A DNA stretch of 54,418 nucleotides, filler included, from Candidatus Ancaeobacter aquaticus (GTDB lineage Bacteria; Auribacterota; Ancaeobacteria; Ancaeobacterales; Ancaeobacteraceae), in the NCBI GenBank assembly GCA_030765405.1. It is 3 parts of 3 records of this genome, joined end to end, with 100 filler letters (N's around TTAATTAATTAA, not from the genome) between each part and the next. Parts side by side here need not be neighbours in the genome. Positions count along the whole stretch, not along the records: positions 44,589 to 54,418 come from JAVCCP010000006.1; 2 more parts are not named here. One strand, given 5' to 3'. This document shows positions 51,734 through 54,418 of the stretch, in pieces. The notes beneath the pieces were generated by a model. That model was not told where the DNA came from and made no database searches. It saw only the letters and a list, made by a program, of their open reading frames with translations. How positions within the stretch are numbered: the first letter of the stretch is position 1; every line of letters begins with the position of its first letter. The translations under genes were made by a program, and so were the position numbers.

Positions 51734-52645
51734 TCAGCTGTAAAACACTCTACCGATAATATCCCTGCGATAAATAACCCCGAGAAGCTTATCATTAGTG
51801 TCTACGACGTACACTCTGCGTATATCTTCTTTAACCATTTTGAAGGCGACTTCAATGAGTGGCGTTGTTTCTTTTACTTTAACAACCATCGGGGAAAGCA
51901 AATTCCTTACTTTAATTTTATCTTGTTTCTTAAAAAAATCCTCAAATGGCTCAAAGTCTGAAAGATAGGCAATATTTCCAAGCAAATTCGCGTAACTAGG
52001 AAGACCTACACATAACAGTCCCTTACCGGTTAAATCTCCTATAAGTTTATCTCCGGGCCCCAAAACCGGTGCGCTATCAATTCCCTTCTTAAAAAATAAA
52101 CCGACAACTTCTTTTAGATTCATCTCCGGCGATACCGAGGTAATATTTTTGTTCATGAAATCGCCTGCTTGAAGCTCTTTTTTAATACGTACATCAGCTT
52201 TTTTAATAATACTTATTACCTCTTTCGCCTTCTTCGCCTCACAAAGCGCCTTCCTATTTGCTGAAACTTTAAGAAAAGCAGATAACGCTGCAAGCGTTTG
52301 CAATAATAAAAGATTTTTTGTGTGCGGACAAAGGATAAGGAAAAACAGCTGCACTTTTTTACGATCCGGGGCGTCTACGGCTATACCTGATTTTGAAACT
52401 CCAATAGCAATAAAAATATCTCGTAACCCTTCTATGCGTGCATGGGGGAAACTGATACCGTTTCCTACTGCGGTACTCCCATTACGTTCCCTGTCCCAAA
52501 TAGCATCCTCAAGGACTTTGCTTGTAGGCACTCTATCCTTATTCATAACTATCGCATGCACCAACTGTTTAACAACCTCTTCCTTTGTTGTCGCTTTTAA
52601 ATCAACTATAACTAAAGATTCATCAAGTATATTTATTAGATTCAC
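51734..52645 (-). CDS. PTS EIIA domain fused to a CBS-domain pair
   Basis: RERNGST.VGNGISFPHAR, then two CBS repeats (MNKNITSVSP; V...TPL.E...MV...IRRV.VVD). Confidence 0.85.
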   Translation of the reverse strand: MNLINILDESLVIVDLKATTKEEVVKQLVHAIVMNKDRVPTSKVLEDAIWDRERNGSTAVGNGISFPHARIEGLRDIFIAIGVSKSGIAVDAPDRKKVQLFFLILCPHTKNLLLLQTLAALSAFLKVSANRKALCEAKKAKEVISIIKKADVRIKKELQAGDFMNKNITSVSPEMNLKEVVGLFFKKGIDSAPVLGPGDKLIGDLTGKGLLCVGLPSYANLLGNIAYLSDFEPFEDFFKKQDKIKVRNLLSPMVVKVKETTPLIEVAFKMVKEDIRRVYVVDTNDKLLGVIYRRDIIGRVFYS

Positions 52646-52678
52646 GCTGAATCGCTCCCCTCTTTATACTGTTTTTAT

Positions 52679-53689
52679 TTAAATACAATGCGCTTCTTTT
52701 TTTCTATGTATCGCACACGCAACAATAGAAGATATAACATCTTCATACTTCATCCCGCAAGCCTCAGCAGCTCTTGCAAAACCGGCATCCGGCGAGATAC
52801 AGGGATTTGCATTCACATCAATGACAAATAATTCTCCGCTCGAATTCATCCTAAAATCAATTCTTCCGTAATCTCTTAACCCCATTGATTTATACGCAAT
52901 GAGCGCGTACTTTTCAAGCAAAATCTTTTTTCCATCATCTATCTGTGCCGGGCATAGGGGTTGAGACCCCTTATACTCCATACTTTCCTTTATCCATTTC
53001 GCCCTATAGCTGACAATATTGGGCATATCTGACGGCATTTGAGAAAAATCAATTTCTGATAAAGCAAGTACTGTTGGAGGGTTGTTCCCTAAAATTGACA
53101 CATTAAATTCTCGTCCTTCAATGTACGTCTCGATAATAACTTCGCTATATCGCTTGATCATATCTACAGCTGCTGCTTGCAGTGTTTCTACGTCATAGAC
53201 CACTGACTCTGCACAAATACCAATGCTCGCATCTTCACGTGCAGGTTTTATGATAAGAGGAAATGACATCGTGTTTCGATCTACCTCTTCCACCGTGCTA
53301 ATAACGGTACTTTCAGGAACCCTCACCCCGTGAAAAGTAAGAATTTTTTTAGTGATTACCTTATCTAAACTCATGCCAAGCGCTAGTGAGTCTGAACCGG
53401 TATAGGATATGCGCAAAAGTTCAAGAAGAGCAGGAATATTTTTTTCATATGAGCTCTGATTATAGACACTTTCAACTAAATTGAAGACCGCATCAATATT
53501 TGAAAAAGTGAGCGAATTAATAAAATCAAAACAATCATGTTTTAAAGGAATGAGAATAGCTTCTTCCCCCTGTGTACGTAAAGCTGAACATACCGCGTTA
53601 CTCTCATCTAAAACATCTGCCTCAGCCTCATATATGTCATGACGTACTTCCGATGTTTCAATATCATTGTAGATTACCGCAATGCTAAT
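52679..53689 (-). CDS. D-Ala-D-Ala-ligase-like ATP-grasp enzyme; probable AUU start
   Basis: The frame is open 91 codons upstream of the TTG at 53416 (IAVIYND...DAVFNLVE...ALLELLRISYTGS). A GGGAGG SD precedes ATT at 53689. Motifs IIKP, IEGREF, GRIDFR, DVNANP. Confidence 0.8.
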   Translation of the reverse strand: MSIAVIYNDIETSEVRHDIYEAEADVLDESNAVCSALRTQGEEAILIPLKHDCFDFINSLTFSNIDAVFNLVESVYNQSSYEKNIPALLELLRISYTGSDSLALGMSLDKVITKKILTFHGVRVPESTVISTVEEVDRNTMSFPLIIKPAREDASIGICAESVVYDVETLQAAAVDMIKRYSEVIIETYIEGREFNVSILGNNPPTVLALSEIDFSQMPSDMPNIVSYRAKWIKESMEYKGSQPLCPAQIDDGKKILLEKYALIAYKSMGLRDYGRIDFRMNSSGELFVIDVNANPCISPDAGFARAAEACGMKYEDVISSIVACAIHRKKEAHCI

Positions 53690-53699
53690 AAGAACCTCC

Positions 53700-54227
53700 C
53701 TAATTCACTACACACTCTTTTCGCAACAATTCATCGCCCCTGCTGTTATTAACACGCACTTCATACTTTCCTGACTGCGAAGCACCTATTTTATGTGTGC
53801 TGTATGTTCTCCATCTAACAGAATTCACCGGCAATACATAGCGTGCGATTTCTTTATTGTCCCGAAACCATACATGCTCAATTTCTGTTGGTCTTTCTGC
53901 TTCGAGAACCACGGTATAAAAACAAAGATTTCCGACTTGCGCGTCAAATAACGAAGAGATACCCTCCGGCACTCTATCGTGTACCGCAGTGCAAAATACT
54001 GACTCGCCAATACTGAGGGTTCTTTTCGGCGCAATTGCTTTCAGGGACACAGAGTCAGTATTACCAGGGACCGCTTTTTCATTAAACGGCATATCTGACG
54101 ATCTCGGCGGCATAACCTGCACAGAATCTTTTTTCTGTGCGCACCCGCCAAGCAAAAGGCCGTAAATGACACAAAATGCCAATAAACATATCTTTATATT
54201 ATCACTTCTTAGTCCCATAGTCCTCAT
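53700..54227 (-). CDS. DUF2914-like lipoprotein
   Basis: Lipobox LLGGC; HVWF, RWRTYS.HKI, G.YEVRV pattern. Confidence 0.75.
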   Translation of the reverse strand: MRTMGLRSDNIKICLLAFCVIYGLLLGGCAQKKDSVQVMPPRSSDMPFNEKAVPGNTDSVSLKAIAPKRTLSIGESVFCTAVHDRVPEGISSLFDAQVGNLCFYTVVLEAERPTEIEHVWFRDNKEIARYVLPVNSVRWRTYSTHKIGASQSGKYEVRVNNSRGDELLRKECVVN

Positions 54228-54236
54228 AGATGTGTA

Positions 54237-54265
54237 AGTATACAGGTGAAATTGTTGTAAGTCAA
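54237..54265 (-). promoter_or_regulatory. Sigma70-type promoter for the DUF2914/ATP-grasp/EIIA-CBS/folC cluster
   Basis: TTGACT-17 bp-TATACT on the minus strand. Confidence 0.7.
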
Positions 54266-54298
54266 AGACAATGTATAATTATGAGTAACCGTGAAAAG

Positions 54299-54418
54299 TG
54301 TAAATTAAAATGCCGTAGGTATAAAGGGAAGCGTTCCATGCCCGGAAACGTTATCCTCAGTGGTCCTAAACAGGAAACACTAGAGGAAAGGATCAAGGCA
54401 TGGAACAATACCATGGCA
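54299..54418 (+). mobile_element. IS30-family left end with the probable transposase start (truncated by the window)
   Basis: IR tgtaaattaaaatgccgtag matches the IR at 27945-27964. Purine-rich SD-like tract and ATG at 54400 (MEQYHG...). Confidence 0.7.

Noticed and set aside
307..54034. Numerous 60-175-aa antisense or nested ORFs in the track (e.g. 934-1284, 2545-3072, 35086-35487, 45519-45965)
   Set aside because: They are shadows of well-supported genes on the opposite strand or in another frame, with no motifs or RBS support.

Overview
AT-rich bacterial genomic window, mostly housekeeping genes on the minus strand, interrupted by two 100-N joins that each contain a TTAATTAATTAA spacer (27676-27775, 44489-44588). 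Adjacency across the joins is unverified. In coordinate order it contains: guaA and a GuaB3-type IMPDH; a TPR-ExbB-ExbD-TonB-like cluster; PMI; rluD-lgt-lspA-dksA-ileS; an epimerase; an 11-subunit complex I-like operon (nuoA,B,C,D,H,I,J,K,L,M,N, no nuoEFG); a decayed accessory patch (Gloeo/Verruco-repeat fragment, ISL3 remnant, TPR fragment, IS30 end); a double-receiver regulator; lepA, rpe, M16 and U32 peptidases, ruvX, manC, trpABFCD; an Rne/Rng plus radical SAM cluster; an APC-USP permease with an EIIA protein; a YkgJ-like protein; murJ; folC; an EIIA-CBS fusion; a Ddl-like ATP-grasp protein that appears to start at AUU; a DUF2914 lipoprotein; and an IS30 left end. The most striking unexplained structure is a family of intergenic elements built from inverted arrays of 7-bp repeats, placed at or over stop codons. 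One copy encloses a four-helix-bundle (23S rRNA IVS protein-like) gene inside the nuo operon, several copies are ORF-less, and one site stacks three different heptamer families. Three further non-coding repeat or MITE-like families are present. No rRNA, tRNA or CRISPR array was recognised. All product calls come from motif recognition by eye, not database searches, and I cannot assign the taxon from the sequence.
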